Notes: generated by a model from the letters alone, not told the origin. A stretch of 64,000 bases of DNA from an uncultured Verrucomicrobiae bacterium (GCA_963760675.1 CAVXEG010000017.1:200515-264514), one strand, 5' to 3'. Shown: positions 41,845-52,822, counted from the stretch's first letter. Program-made: numbers and translations.

Positions 41845-42150
41845 ATGAGCACACCACAAGAGAGCAGCGAGTCACCCGAAATCGGCATGTGTCCGAAGTG
41901 CCGGACCACACGGACCATTCCCCACAACGGCGGGCAGTGGTGTTCGTTGTGCGGTTCGTTTGCCATTCCGCCAGACCCGCACCAGACAGCCCACATTCCG
42001 GATTCGCCACCACGTCAGCACGCACCAGTTGCACATGCTGGCTCGCCCCGTTGCGGATCATGCGGGCAGCTCGTTGACATTGGTGCTGGAGTTTACGATG
42101 ACGGCGAGTGGCTTTGCGGGCACTGTATCGCCCGCTACACAGACAGATGA
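41845..42150 (+). CDS. Cys-rich (double zinc-ribbon-like) hypothetical protein
   Basis: CPKCRTTR...CSLCG and CGSCGQ...CGHC motifs. Confidence 0.4.
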   Translation: MSTPQESSESPEIGMCPKCRTTRTIPHNGGQWCSLCGSFAIPPDPHQTAHIPDSPPRQHAPVAHAGSPRCGSCGQLVDIGAGVYDDGEWLCGHCIARYTDR

Positions 42151-42237
42151 ATCGAACCAGAACGCCTAACCAGAGCGCTGCAGCGAACCGCCGCCCCGCT
42201 GGGCAGTCGGACGGTTCGGATAATTTGTCAGCGACTG

Positions 42238-42842
42238 TTGCAGCCGACCGGGCGTTTCCGGCGGCGGTCGCTGAGCTTGGTCGTTCGACGACATGCTATG
42301 CCCGGGGTCTTTGAGTTAAAATACCGTGACGGCCGTGTTGAGGAACTATGGGGCCATCGCGGGTATTACTATGTGCTGGGCCCTGACACATTATTGTGTT
42401 TCTTGCCGATTCCCGCGTGGTGCCATCAATGCGGGGCTGTTCGGTTGTGCGAGGATTTGAAGACGGTGGGCGAGATTCGCGAAGAGTTGAAGCAGATCGA
42501 GAATCCAGAATCGGATTGGTATCGTCGGCAGAAACGCCCTCCGTCCGCACAGGACATAGGAATCGAAAAGGAGTCGCGTCAGAATCAGCTAAGGCTCTGG
42601 GGGCTCCGAACCTCCTCGGCTCGATGTATGAGTTGCGGCAAAAGTTCAGTGAGCTTTTTCGCAGAGGACAAATGGTCGCCTCACCCGGAACTGGCGAAGA
42701 GGTCTTGTTCTTATGGGTCGGCATGGGCAGCACCAATTACGCGATGCGTTTCTTTGATCCAGATGGAGCGGAGCTCACATTAAGTGACGCACAGCGTCAG
42801 CATTACTTGTCGCTTGTCAGAACCGGCCAACACTTATGGTGA
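42238..42842 (+). CDS. Hypothetical protein, probable frame change
   Basis: ORFs 42238..42783 and 42396..42842 both protein-like. Confidence 0.3.
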
Positions 42843-42958
42843 AGTCGAACCCCAGCGTGCAGCGGACCAGAGCCAGCCGTTCGGATCACCATGCTTTCCC
42901 AAGCCAGTGGCGGCTGGCACCAGCCGCTGACGCTTGCCGTTCGGCGACTTGAAACACC

Positions 42959-43291
42959 ATGACACAGAAGGCGACATTACGATCGTTGACGGTTGTTCAA
43001 GTCGTCGCGGTAATTCTGATGTTTCCGGTTTTCTTCTGCTGGGCTCCTTGGGAATCTGCAATACCGCGCGAAGAGGCTCTTGCACGCTTTCCTGGCCAGG
43101 TCGGTGCCGATTGGAGGGCAGTGACAGTGAATCACGGTAAGGTTCACGAGTGGAAACTTGGCACTGTTAGCCAGAATCCAGCGGGGTTCGCCTTGTGCAC
43201 GCTTTTACTGGTTGCGATCCTCGGGGTGCTGTTTTGGAGCATCTGGTTTGCAGCTCGGACCAAGAGATTCAAGAGAGGACAGAATTATTGA
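42959..43291 (+). CDS. Small membrane protein (2 TM)
   Basis: Hydrophobic segments VVQVVAVILMFPVFFCW and ALCTLLLVAILGVLFWSIWF. Confidence 0.4.
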   Translation: MTQKATLRSLTVVQVVAVILMFPVFFCWAPWESAIPREEALARFPGQVGADWRAVTVNHGKVHEWKLGTVSQNPAGFALCTLLLVAILGVLFWSIWFAARTKRFKRGQNY

Positions 43292-43799
43292 GATGAGTGG
43301 GTCGCCGAACCAGTTCACTGGAGCCAACAGCCGCTGTGCCGGGCAGTTGGACAGTTGTCGGAGTCACAACGGTGTGGTTCCAGTCGCGAGCGCGCGGCCA
43401 GCGGCTGTGGCTCAGTTCTGGCGTTGATATGGCTCAATAAGTGTCAAGCGGGCAGTTGGATTTGGTTGCCGGTTTTTCACGGATTTTCTTTCCGACATGG
43501 CGCAATGGACTGAGGGGTTGGCAGAGGCCGCCATCAACGACGGTTGATCCTGCTGATATGCGTGAGTTCGTCCGGTGCAAAGCACGGACTTATCGACCTG
43601 ACCACGGTGCGAGTCGCGGCGCTTCCTCTCTCTAGGCTCGAGGGTCCCTCAAGGGGCCTCTTAACGACAACGAGGGTTCGCCTTAACCGAGCTGCTCTCT
43701 GCCAACGCATCAATCCATTCCAAAGTTGAACAGGCTTCTTTATCTTTGTTCTGATTCCTGCCCGAGGCTGCTCCGGGCGAGCGCAGCGGATGCGCAGCG

Positions 43800-45200
43800 A
43801 GAGCCGGCGCGTCAGCGGTGGGATTCCGTGACGACCGTTGGTGCTGTTTTGCTCTGGCGTTGGCATCGGCTTGCTTTCTCAAAAGCTATTGGGTTTTCTG
43901 GAACTGCTTTTCCGGGTTGAGCCGGTAGACCTTGCCGCGGCAGGTGCGAATGATCTCCGGGGCAGCCGGCTGCGGCGCGGCCTGGACCTGGCAGGCAATG
44001 GCCCAGACAAAGCCGGTGAGTTCGCGGGCGATGGCCGTGGCGGCCACCACACTCTTCTTGCGGATGGAAAGTTGTTTGAAGCGTTTATGGAGCCGCGGTT
44101 GGGCCTTCCAGGCTATCAGGCGCACGGCCTTGCTCTGCTGTTGTTGCCGTTTCTGCATCGCCTCGCTGACCTTGGGTGGCAGCCGATAATGCCAGGCGGC
44201 TTCGGTCAGCACGCGCCGGCAATGGGCGTTGCCGCATTTGGTGATGCCGCCCTGCACCCGTTTGTCGGCACTGGTATGTTCGCTGGGAGTCAGCCCGAAA
44301 AAGTGCATCAAGGATCGCGGGTCCTCAAAGCGGCTGAGGTCACCGACTTCAGCCACCAGGGTCATCGCCGTCAGAACCTGGACCCCGCGCAAGCTCATGA
44401 GCGCGCGCACGACCGGTTCCCACTTCCAGCCCGGCAGGGCAGCTTCCACCGCCTGGGTGAGGCGTTGGAGACGATCACTGGCCTCATCGATGGCATGGAT
44501 GTATTCCTGAAAGGCGATTTGCTGGGGGGCTTGCGGCATCAACAGGCCGGAGAGATACCGCTTGTGGGCATCGGTCCAACTGCTCTTGCCGGTGTAACGA
44601 AACCCCAGGCGCAATAGAAAGCCCTTCAGCCGGTGGCGCGCCTGGCGCTGATCGTGGACGGCGGCCGTGCGGGCGCGGATGAGGTCGCGGATGGCTTCAT
44701 CCTCCTGATCGGGCACATGGATGGCCGTGAGTTCACCGGCCCGATAGAGGCGGGCGAGCTGATCGGCGTCGCGCCGGTCGGTCTTGACGCGGTCGGAAGC
44801 TTTTTTGGGAATGAGCGAGGGGCTGACGACCTCGCAAGGAATGCCTTTGCTGCGGAGGTGACGGCAAATGACAAAACCGCAGGGACCGGCTTCATAGACC
44901 ACGCGCAGCTCAACGTTGTTCTGTGCGATGCGTTTGATGAGTTGGTCGATGGCCTCCAGAGTGCCGCCGATGATGCCGTAACGGCGGACTTCCGTGGAGT
45001 GCTGCGGGGCGATAGCCACCGCGATGGTTTCTTTGTGGACGTCCAAACCGAGGTAATGCACGATTTTGTTCATGGGTGTTTGGTTTCGCTATTCGGTGAT
45101 CAATGACCCAGCTTCGGGCCGGGTCTTTAACAGGGTGGATAGGTCCGCACTCGCGGATAACCCACGTTTCCAACCGGAATCAAACACCCGCTCCGGCTTT
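43800..45200 (-). mobile_element. IS110-family insertion sequence (boundaries approximate)
   Basis: Contains an intact IS110 transposase gene. IS110 elements lack clear terminal inverted repeats, so ends are not defined here. Confidence 0.55.
43886..45073 (-). CDS. IS110-family transposase (DEDD), intact 395 aa
   Basis: N-terminus MNKIVHYLGLDVHKETIAVAI and C-terminal helix-hairpin-helix region. Confidence 0.8.
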   Translation of the reverse strand: MNKIVHYLGLDVHKETIAVAIAPQHSTEVRRYGIIGGTLEAIDQLIKRIAQNNVELRVVYEAGPCGFVICRHLRSKGIPCEVVSPSLIPKKASDRVKTDRRDADQLARLYRAGELTAIHVPDQEDEAIRDLIRARTAAVHDQRQARHRLKGFLLRLGFRYTGKSSWTDAHKRYLSGLLMPQAPQQIAFQEYIHAIDEASDRLQRLTQAVEAALPGWKWEPVVRALMSLRGVQVLTAMTLVAEVGDLSRFEDPRSLMHFFGLTPSEHTSADKRVQGGITKCGNAHCRRVLTEAAWHYRLPPKVSEAMQKRQQQQSKAVRLIAWKAQPRLHKRFKQLSIRKKSVVAATAIARELTGFVWAIACQVQAAPQPAAPEIIRTCRGKVYRLNPEKQFQKTQ

Positions 45201-45236
45201 CTGGTAAGCCATATGGTCTAGGCCACTCGACGAGTC

Positions 45237-45455
45237 ATGCCGAAGTTTCAGCTCTATGACGAGGTTCGAGTAGTCCGCGTGCCTGCGGGACAGCGAGCCA
45301 GTGCTGCATCTCGGTTGGCGAGAGTCGGAGACATTGGAGTGGTTGTGATGGTTTACGATTCACCGCGAGAAGGCTATGGGGTTGAGGGCGTCGAAGACGA
45401 TGGACGCGTTGAGTGGTATTTCGATTTTGCACCAGAGGATTTAGAGAGAGTTTGA
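45237..45455 (+). CDS. Small protein, DUF4926-like
   Basis: 72 aa, FQLYDEVRVV..GDIGVVVMVY...GYGVE pattern. Confidence 0.4.
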   Translation: MPKFQLYDEVRVVRVPAGQRASAASRLARVGDIGVVVMVYDSPREGYGVEGVEDDGRVEWYFDFAPEDLERV

Positions 45456-46087
45456 GTTAGGCCGCAAGACGCGCATTGATTTTATGAAGACAAACACCTT
45501 TCAGAATATTGAGACGTTCAAGATCAGCTCGCTGATTCCGATATTGTCACCCGTCGTCATTTTGCTGCTGTTTTACAGCCTGCGATGGTCGGGAGTTTTA
45601 GGGGCGGTTCTTTTCACAGCGATGCTCTGTTCATCGCCAGCCAGCTATCGCACTCGCGGCGGTTCGCTTGTTCCGGCTATTTGTTTGGTGGCTGTTCCTG
45701 TGGTTTTCCGCTGCCGTGGTTTTTGTGCTTTCATTTTTCGGAGCACATTGAGTTATGACAATTTTGCGGCATAACCAAACCGGCTGCAGGCAACGCCGGA
45801 GGCGGGTCTCAATTGACAATCGAATGCCATTGGCCAGGCGTCCCTGAGCCGGAACGTTGGCCAGCAGACACGGCCGCAAAACTTATGATAAATAAAAAAC
45901 ACCAACCGTTTGTCCGGGCGCTCACCACGGCGTTCGTCCTCGTGTTTGGGACTCTGCGGATGCAAGAGTTCACGGCGCGGGCTCAACGAACCGGGTCGAC
46001 TGCCACGGTCAGCCCCGCAGCACATCCACTCGAGAATGGCGCATACGCCTGTCCTTCGCGAAGCGCCCACGCCGCAAGAGGCCCGAG

Positions 46088-46456
46088 TTGAGGGTGGCTC
46101 CCAAGGTTGTGCTTGCTTATGACCGCAGAAAATACAGCGGCGCCCCGCCCAATGAGCCTCTCACCTACGTTGCCATTGATCCGAAAGATTACGTTCCGCT
46201 GATTATCGAAGGCACGCCGGAGATGAAAAGCGATGGGCAGGGCAAGAGCGTTCTCACGGTGTCACTGGCGCGCAAGAACGTGGAACGGGCGGAAGCATTC
46301 ACCCGGGCGCACCTCGGCGGCCGCATAGCGATGGTCGTGGACGGGGAGATTGTGACATTGCACAAGATCCGGAGCGTCATCACAGGCGGGAAGGTGCAGA
46401 TCACTCGCTGCACCGACAACGCGTGTGAGGTGATTCGCTCAAAGCTTGTCAAATAG
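46088..46456 (+). CDS. Hypothetical protein
   Basis: 122-aa ORF with protein-like composition. Confidence 0.35.
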   Translation: MRVAPKVVLAYDRRKYSGAPPNEPLTYVAIDPKDYVPLIIEGTPEMKSDGQGKSVLTVSLARKNVERAEAFTRAHLGGRIAMVVDGEIVTLHKIRSVITGGKVQITRCTDNACEVIRSKLVK

Positions 46457-46623
46457 ATAGGCCATGCCATGACGACGTGGTAACAAGATCACTGGAGCGA
46501 AAGTGGCGGGCGCATGCAGTTTCATGCGCTTGGTTCTTTCGCGTTTCCCGAGCAGTTGGAGCGGCGCTTACCGCCACTTCGCTCAGTTCTGTCGTTAGGC
46601 TGCAGCGTTTCAGTGACGAATTT

Positions 46624-46872
46624 ATGAAAAGGAACCTGAAGCAGTTATTCGTAATCGGAGCTGCCAGCTTTTTGCTGGCTGGCTGTCGCATGACACACCA
46701 CGTCACACGTTGGGAGTATAAGGTTGCGGACGTGAACAGAATCGGGCTTACCCGCGCGGAGATTCTGAAGAAGCAGGAAGCGTTGATGAACGACTTGGGC
46801 AAAGATGGATGGGTATTTGTGAGCCAATTCGCAGTCGACGGGAATCTATGTTTCAAGCGTCCCCTGAAATAG
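46624..46872 (+). CDS. DUF4177-like lipoprotein
   Basis: MKRNLKQLFVIGAASFLLAGC...WEYKVADV...DLGKDGWVFVSQ. Confidence 0.45.
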   Translation: MKRNLKQLFVIGAASFLLAGCRMTHHVTRWEYKVADVNRIGLTRAEILKKQEALMNDLGKDGWVFVSQFAVDGNLCFKRPLK

Positions 46873-47241
46873 CGGTCGCAGCCTAACAATGAAGGGTGTG
46901 TTGCTGCGGGGCGCAGCGGAGCCAGCAAACACGCCATTGGTTGAAACCAGAGCATTGCACACAACGCCGGTTGGCGCTCTCAGTTCGACCGGAAAACTAG
47001 GGACGCTGATTTGGAAAGGGTGGTCAGCCTCACGAAAGCCAAAGCGCGGCGCATTTTGCCGTTCGATACACCAGATCAAAGTCGCGAGGATAAGAGAGTG
47101 AATCTCGATGTCATGCTGCCCTTTCTGAATGACAATTGGACCCAGCCATGAACGATGCTGCTTCAAAGCGAATCCACACAGTCTCAGTGCGCGAATTGAT
47201 CGAGTTTGTCTTGCAACGGGGAGACTCGGAGAAACGGCGGT

Positions 47242-48204
47242 TCATTCCTGCGACTTACATTTCGCGCTGACGACCCTCAAGGTCATGTAGGTTTCATTGT
47301 CGCCGATTCTTTCGGCAATGAGTCCCACAACGCCGCCGCAAATCAGGCGCGGAGGATTTGGCGCGGTGACAACAAGGGTTATTTTGAGGACGCTTTGATT
47401 ATTCATTCGAAGGAAACAAGGAAGATAATAAATGGGCGTGTCGGGAGGCAGATCCCAATCTGTCGGGTTGGCCGGCACAGCGGTTCGCATAATCTCGAGC
47501 GCAGTCTTTACCCCCAAGTGAGTGACGACTGACCACACGGATGGCGGTTTTAGGAGTTGGAAAAGAAGGTCCTCCAATCCGTCCGTATGCTGAACAATTT
47601 CGAGATAAGACGTGATCGCCGGCAATGCACCGGCAAGGGCTTGCTGCTCGTCGGGGGTCAGCTTGCTGGCAGGGGCGGCATTTGTCATCAGCCTCTGACG
47701 ACGAACAATGGCTGCGGCGCGCTCCAGTCCGATGCCAAGAAAGCTTTCATTCAGCATGAAATGGGCGGTTTGCTCGCTGGGTTTCAATTGCATCTTGTCA
47801 CTGGAAGCGTTGAATGGCCCGAGCATTCGCAAACTGGCCGGGACCGGCTTTGATGGGAATGAAAATCTCCGTTTGAACATGTTGACGACCATCGGCGGTT
47901 GATTGGAGGTGATTTTTTCCTGAGACTCTGCTCGAACGTATAAGAGCCACTGCGCTTCCTTTTTTTTGTGGAACATTGTGCCTAAAATCGTCACCGAATC
48001 TCCCGAATGCAGGATGTTCGTGGTGAGTGGAGGGTCTATGCCCGTGAGCGGAATATGGTTTGTGGCGGCTGCGGTGACGATGGCAGCACAGATCGGGACG
48101 GTTTTGAATTTGGGAGGAAGATCCTGCGCGATTGCGCGACAGTTCGCGTCAATGACCGCCAGCACCATTAAGAGGCATGCAATGAGTGGAAACACCCTCG
48201 GCAC
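47242..48204 (-). CDS. Secreted hypothetical protein (lower GC)
   Basis: Signal peptide MPRVFPLIACLLMVLAVIDANCRAIAQ. 320 aa. Confidence 0.45.
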   Translation of the reverse strand: MPRVFPLIACLLMVLAVIDANCRAIAQDLPPKFKTVPICAAIVTAAATNHIPLTGIDPPLTTNILHSGDSVTILGTMFHKKKEAQWLLYVRAESQEKITSNQPPMVVNMFKRRFSFPSKPVPASLRMLGPFNASSDKMQLKPSEQTAHFMLNESFLGIGLERAAAIVRRQRLMTNAAPASKLTPDEQQALAGALPAITSYLEIVQHTDGLEDLLFQLLKPPSVWSVVTHLGVKTALEIMRTAVPANPTDWDLPPDTPIYYLPCFLRMNNQSVLKITLVVTAPNPPRLICGGVVGLIAERIGDNETYMTLRVVSAKCKSQE

Positions 48205-48790
48205 CTTGGTTCGACCGCGTTCGGGGCCGTTTTGTTCAGCGGCTATCAGGGTGGTTACCCAGTCCGTCTCTTATCCGTCGGTCACTTTCGGGTGAAGTGG
48301 CGATGGTTTGCCTGACCGATGCGCCGGTGGCGGTGTCGATGAGATGGAGATCGGCTTTGCGGTCGGAGCGATCCAGGCCGATGACCAGGTCGAAGGGAGG
48401 GTTGGAGTTCATGTTCATGTTTTTGGGTTTTGGATTAAGGCCTCTCCGCAGGCTTGACCCGGCGACGGCAATATAGAAGAGTCGTTCAGCAATGTGAGGC
48501 GGCCTCTTGAGTAGTCGTTAGAGGGTCAAGCCCGCCCGGCGGGCCGGTCGATAAAGCTCAAAGTCGTTGCGACGACTGGTCGTTAGCAGACCTGGCCCGC
48601 CGGGGCGAAAAACCGAGGAAGCGGATAACCGAAATGAAACCCAAGGCCATCCGCTCATGCTCTGCCGACCGGCGGCGGCGAAGTTATTCACGGCCGCTGC
48701 GCGAGTCCTCCAACCCACTCGCCCGCATCCCATGAATAACTTCGGATGACCTATATTGGCGTTCGGCGACAACAACGGAGAGTCAATGAT

Positions 48791-48991
48791 ATGAAAAAGT
48801 GGGAATATAAGGTTATCGACACGAAGGACGTCCCAGGGGGTGGGATACTCAAGGGCAAAAGTTGCGATGCGATCGAGGCTCACCTGAACGAGCTCGGCGG
48901 ACAAGGTTGGGAGATTGTGAACCTTGACGCCCTCGAATGGCAAGGTCACCGCCTGACGTTCTTGGGTGTTGCTAAGCGCGAGAAGTCATGA
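48791..48991 (+). CDS. DUF4177-like small protein (paralog of 46624..46872)
   Basis: MKKWEYKVIDTKD...LNELGGQGWEIVNL. Confidence 0.45.
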   Translation: MKKWEYKVIDTKDVPGGGILKGKSCDAIEAHLNELGGQGWEIVNLDALEWQGHRLTFLGVAKREKS

Positions 48992-49160
48992 CCGACCTCA
49001 AAGGCGAGGTGGGGCGCATTAAACTCAACGCGCATGAATTGCCGAACCGGTCGCTCGACCGAATGACGAGGAGCGCGGGCACGTCACTGTCCGGATTCGA
49101 GCGTCACTGGCGCGCTCCTCGTCATCGGTCGGCTTTGCGTTAACCAGAATGCCTCGTGCT

Positions 49161-49548
49161 ATGAAAACCATCGCAATAGTGCTCCTGCTTGTTGCTAGTT
49201 GCTCGATTGGCTGCAGAGGCGTGTCGTCGGAGCATCAGTCTGCAGAGGCAAAGGCCAGTGCCGTTTCTGAAGCCCCATTGTCATCGACGCCGCCCATTCA
49301 GCATCTGACGGCCGAGCAAGCTATTGCACTGGCCAAGCCGTCCCTATGGCTGCCACCGGGAGATCAATACCGCGCGCGTTTCATCCCTGAGCCGTCAACG
49401 GTATATGCGCCCGGCAGCGGTCCGGTCCGGCAACGGGGCAATATGGTGGGTTTTTACTGATCAGGATGGTGCTCACTACCGCGCTTACACCGTCGTTGTG
49501 ATTCGAGACTCGGATGGAAAGATCCTCGGTTCCGAAAATCACTTCTGA
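49161..49548 (+). CDS. Lipoprotein, frame change near 49440
   Basis: MKTIAIVLLLVASCSIGC lipobox. Tail in ORF 49324..49548. Confidence 0.4.
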
Positions 49549-49669
49549 AGAATGTATGGGCTTTCTGGTTAACCAATCGCGCCAGCCAACGCCGGGAGTT
49601 CGCCTTGCGGCGCACCGGACATCAATGGCCCGGCGTGGCTGCGCTCAGCGTTAGGCCACGAGACACGCT

Positions 49670-50058
49670 ATGGCATCTGATGAACGAGAAATCCGCACGA
49701 TGCATTCAATTTGGATTGATGCCGTCAATGCCGGTGACCTGGCTCGTCTGCTCACCTTAGTCGCGGAGGATGTCGTTTTTCTCACGCCCGGCCAAGCGCC
49801 GTTCGGCCGGGAGGGATTTCGTCCAACTTCATGGTCGCTCACCAGCAGATGCGGATCTGTTGCACCAGCGAGTTGGAAGAGGTCGTTGTTGTCAGCGAGG
49901 TCGCCTACACGCGGAGCCGAGACGCACTGTCAGTGACCCCGCGCGCAGGCGGGAAGGCGGCACAGTTCGCCGGACATCGCATGACGGTATATCGCAAGCA
50001 GCGCGACGGTCGCTGGCTTCTGTCCCGCGATGTCCACACTTTGTCCGCCGTGGCCTAA
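49670..50058 (+). CDS. SnoaL-like / NTF2-fold (DUF4440-like) protein, frame change near 49830
   Basis: IRTMHSIWIDAVNAGDLARLLTLVAEDVVFLTPG then ...VYRKQRDGRWLLSRDVHTL. Confidence 0.45.
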
Positions 50059-50717
50059 CCTAACCTCTGCGCCAGGCGCGACATTGAAAGCCTAGGACAA
50101 CGAAAAGACCGGAGAGCAACAAGGTGCCAGTCATGGCTGAAAACAACTCAGTCTCGGTGAAGTCCAACTGAGCGAGCCTTCGAATGCCAAACACCATCAC
50201 TACACCGGCAACTATAGAGCAAAGAATCTGACAAAAATGTGCCACGTTCTTATCAGAAACCACCGCGCGTCTGAGAGTCTGAATAATCATAAATCGCCTT
50301 TCTATCTTGATAATACATCACACTGAATCTGACAGCCGAACGGGGAAAACATCACGGACACTCCAGCGGCCTAACGACAGAACTCACACACGCCGGACCA
50401 AAAGACGCTGCCCGCGAAGCGGAACTGAGACCGCCATCCGGCGTTGTGTGCAGTGATCTGGTTCGGCCTCATAGTTCCTGCTCAATCTTCTTCTCTGCGC
50501 AATCCATCGGCGGAGTTACTCCGAAAAAATGTTCCCGATAACTTTGCTCCGCGAAAGAGCTTTGTCGTCGAACAGCACCTCCTTGATGCGTTGAAAGAAA
50601 CGCAGCACAAATACAAAGCCCGAAACCACGATTCCTCGAAAGCTGACACGGCCAATAAGGGGGGGGACCAGCACAATCGCAGCACAATCGTGAATCCGAC
50701 TGAGACGGATTCTTCAT

Positions 50718-50779
50718 AAACCCTTGTAAATATTGGCGCATCCGGCAGGACTTGAACCTGCAACCTTCTGATCCGAAGT
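50718..50779. repeat. attR-type direct repeat, identical to 12329-12390. Overlaps the 3' 46 nt of the intact tRNA-Arg.
   Basis: 62/62 identity by eye. Confidence 0.8.
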
Positions 50780-50810
50780 CAGAAGCTCTATCCAATTGAG
50801 CTACGGATGC
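50734..50810 (-). tRNA. tRNA-Arg(TCG), canonical (D-loop AATTGGATA with GG, T-loop TTCAAGT), encoded CCA
   Basis: GCATCCG TA GCTC AATTGGATA GAGC T TCTGA CTTCGGA TCAGA AGGTT GCAGG TTCAAGT CCTGC CGGATGC G CCA. Confidence 0.85.
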
Positions 50811-50984
50811 ATCGCGAAGGGATGCTAAGTCAATTGGCAGTTGCCGTCAACGCGTGCCGGTTTGATATCCACATGTTGCGTTTCTTTGCGCATGCCATTC
50901 GACGCGCCCACCGCTCAACTCAGAAAGAGTTCGTATCTTTGCCACATTCCGTGGTTAATAACAGGAACGCAGGTTCAGTTTAGC

Positions 50985-51917
50985 ATGAAGACTATTTTAA
51001 GATCCAAAATCCCCTGCTCAGCCTTGTTCCTTCTTCTCGTCTCGATGACGCTCGACGCCGCGAATCTTCCGAAAGAAATTCTCCTCTGGCCCAACGGAGC
51101 GCCGGGTTCGGAAGGCAAAACCGGCGCGGAAAAAGTCCGCATCGCCAATACCAACGAACACGTCATCTCAAACATCCACAAACCCAGCATCACGCCGTTC
51201 CTGCCGTCCAAACGCAAAGCCACGGGTTGCGCCGTAATCATCGCGCCGGGTGGCGGACATCGCGAACTCTGGATTGATCACGAAGGCTACAACGTCGCCC
51301 GATGGTTAAGCGAACGCGGCATTGCAGCGTTCGTGCTCAAGTATCGCCTCGCGCGAGAGACCAACTCCACCTACACAGTTGACGGCCACGCGCTCGCCGA
51401 CGCGCAACGCGCCATTCGCCTCGTCCGCAGTCGCGCGCAGGAATGGCAGATTGATCCCGCGTGCATCGGCATCATGGGATTTTCCGCCGGTGGCGAAGTC
51501 GCCTTTCTCACCGCGCAACGCTTCGATTCCGGCACTTCCCTCAACCGTCCTGCGGACACCTTGTCCCCCAGCGGGGGAGAAGGCGGAGATGAGGGGGCCG
51601 ACGCAATCAACCGCCAGAGTTCTCATCCGGATTTTCAAGCTCTGATTTATCCGGGCAACACGCGCCGCATCGAACCGACAACAAATTCGCCGCCCGTGTT
51701 TCTCGTCTGCGGCGCCAACGACCGGGCCAACATCTCAGAAGGCTTGGCCAACGTCTATCTCAAATTCAAACAAGTCAAAGCCCCCGCCGAGCTGCACATC
51801 TACGCTGGGACGGGCCACGGCTTCGGCTTGCGACCGAACGACACGAAGCCGTCGGGCAAATGGATTGAACGGTTTGAGGAATGGCTGGGGGAAAGCGGAT
51901 TTCTGAAAAAGCCGTGA
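50985..51917 (+). CDS. Secreted alpha/beta-hydrolase (esterase/lipase-type, GxSxG = GFSAGG)
   Basis: Signal peptide MKTILRSKIPCSALFLLLVSMTLDA. Nucleophile elbow IMGFSAGGEVA. Confidence 0.6.
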   Translation: MKTILRSKIPCSALFLLLVSMTLDAANLPKEILLWPNGAPGSEGKTGAEKVRIANTNEHVISNIHKPSITPFLPSKRKATGCAVIIAPGGGHRELWIDHEGYNVARWLSERGIAAFVLKYRLARETNSTYTVDGHALADAQRAIRLVRSRAQEWQIDPACIGIMGFSAGGEVAFLTAQRFDSGTSLNRPADTLSPSGGEGGDEGADAINRQSSHPDFQALIYPGNTRRIEPTTNSPPVFLVCGANDRANISEGLANVYLKFKQVKAPAELHIYAGTGHGFGLRPNDTKPSGKWIERFEEWLGESGFLKKP

Positions 51918-52822
51918 ACCGCATTCGGTTTGAAATACTTTTGGTTGCGGCGGCTGTTTCCTCTGGTCGTCTCCTGCCGGTCGCCTATGCCGCTGATTCA
52001 AGCAACAACATTGCTGCTGCGAGCAGCGCCACGATCACCGAACACTTGTCGCAGTTGAAACAAAAAGCTCCCGAAGGTTTTACCATCGTCGTCCAACCAC
52101 CGTTCGTGGTGATTGGCGATGAGTCGCCGGCGCAAGTCCGGCAGCGCACGGAGAAAACCGTGAGGTGGGCGGTGGACAAGTTGAAGCAGGATTTTTTCAC
52201 GCGCGACCCGGTGGAGACGATCGACATCTGGCTGTTCCGCGACCGCGAGAGTTACACAAACCATGCGCGGCTGCTGTTCAACGATTCGCCGACGACGCCG
52301 TTCGGTTATTACTCGGCGCGGCATCACGCACTCGTGATGAACATCGCCACGGGCGGCGGCACCCTTGTGCATGAGATTGTGCATCCATTCATGCGCGCGA
52401 ATTTTCCTGAGTGCCCGGCATGGTTCAACGAGGGCCTGGCGTCGCTTTACGAACAATCTACTGAACGGAACGGACACATTCACGGCGAAATCAACTGGCG
52501 ATTCAAAGCTCTCGAACAAACGATTAAGGAAGGAAGAACTGTTTCGTTCGAGAAGCTCACGGCGATGAGCGACACAGAATTTTATGGCGGCGTGGATAGT
52601 CCAAACTACAGCGAGCATTACGGGCAGGCGCGGTATCTTTGCTATTATCTCCAGGAGAAAGCATTATTGTTGAGGTTTTATCATGAGTTCGTAGCGAACG
52701 CGAAAAATGATCCGACCGGATCCACCACGTTAAAACGAGTACTCGGCGAGGATGACATGGCGGCGTTTCAGAAGAAATGGGAGAAATTTATTTTGGGCCT
52801 GCGAACGGGAGACAGCGAGTAA
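51881..52822 (+). CDS. Secreted protein with HExxH motif (HEIVHPF), putative zinc metallopeptidase (DUF1570-like)
   Basis: 313 aa, signal-like N-terminus, LVHEIVHPFMRANFPECPAWFNEG. Confidence 0.45.
   Translation: MAGGKRISEKAVNRIRFEILLVAAAVSSGRLLPVAYAADSSNNIAAASSATITEHLSQLKQKAPEGFTIVVQPPFVVIGDESPAQVRQRTEKTVRWAVDKLKQDFFTRDPVETIDIWLFRDRESYTNHARLLFNDSPTTPFGYYSARHHALVMNIATGGGTLVHEIVHPFMRANFPECPAWFNEGLASLYEQSTERNGHIHGEINWRFKALEQTIKEGRTVSFEKLTAMSDTEFYGGVDSPNYSEHYGQARYLCYYLQEKALLLRFYHEFVANAKNDPTGSTTLKRVLGEDDMAAFQKKWEKFILGLRTGDSE

Larger units (their letters stand above)
12391..50717. mobile_element. ~38-kb integrative genomic island inserted at the 3' end of tRNA-Arg(TCG). Integrase at left end. No conjugation or phage structural genes recognised.
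   Basis: Flanking 62-bp direct repeats. Integrase 1.5 kb inside the left repeat. Cargo of nuclease, regulator, tRNA-array, RtcB and IS110 genes. Confidence 0.65.

Noticed and set aside
50444-50719. ORF 50444..50719 directly abutting attR
   Set aside because: Low-complexity, unusual composition and it overlaps the att repeat. Probably not coding.
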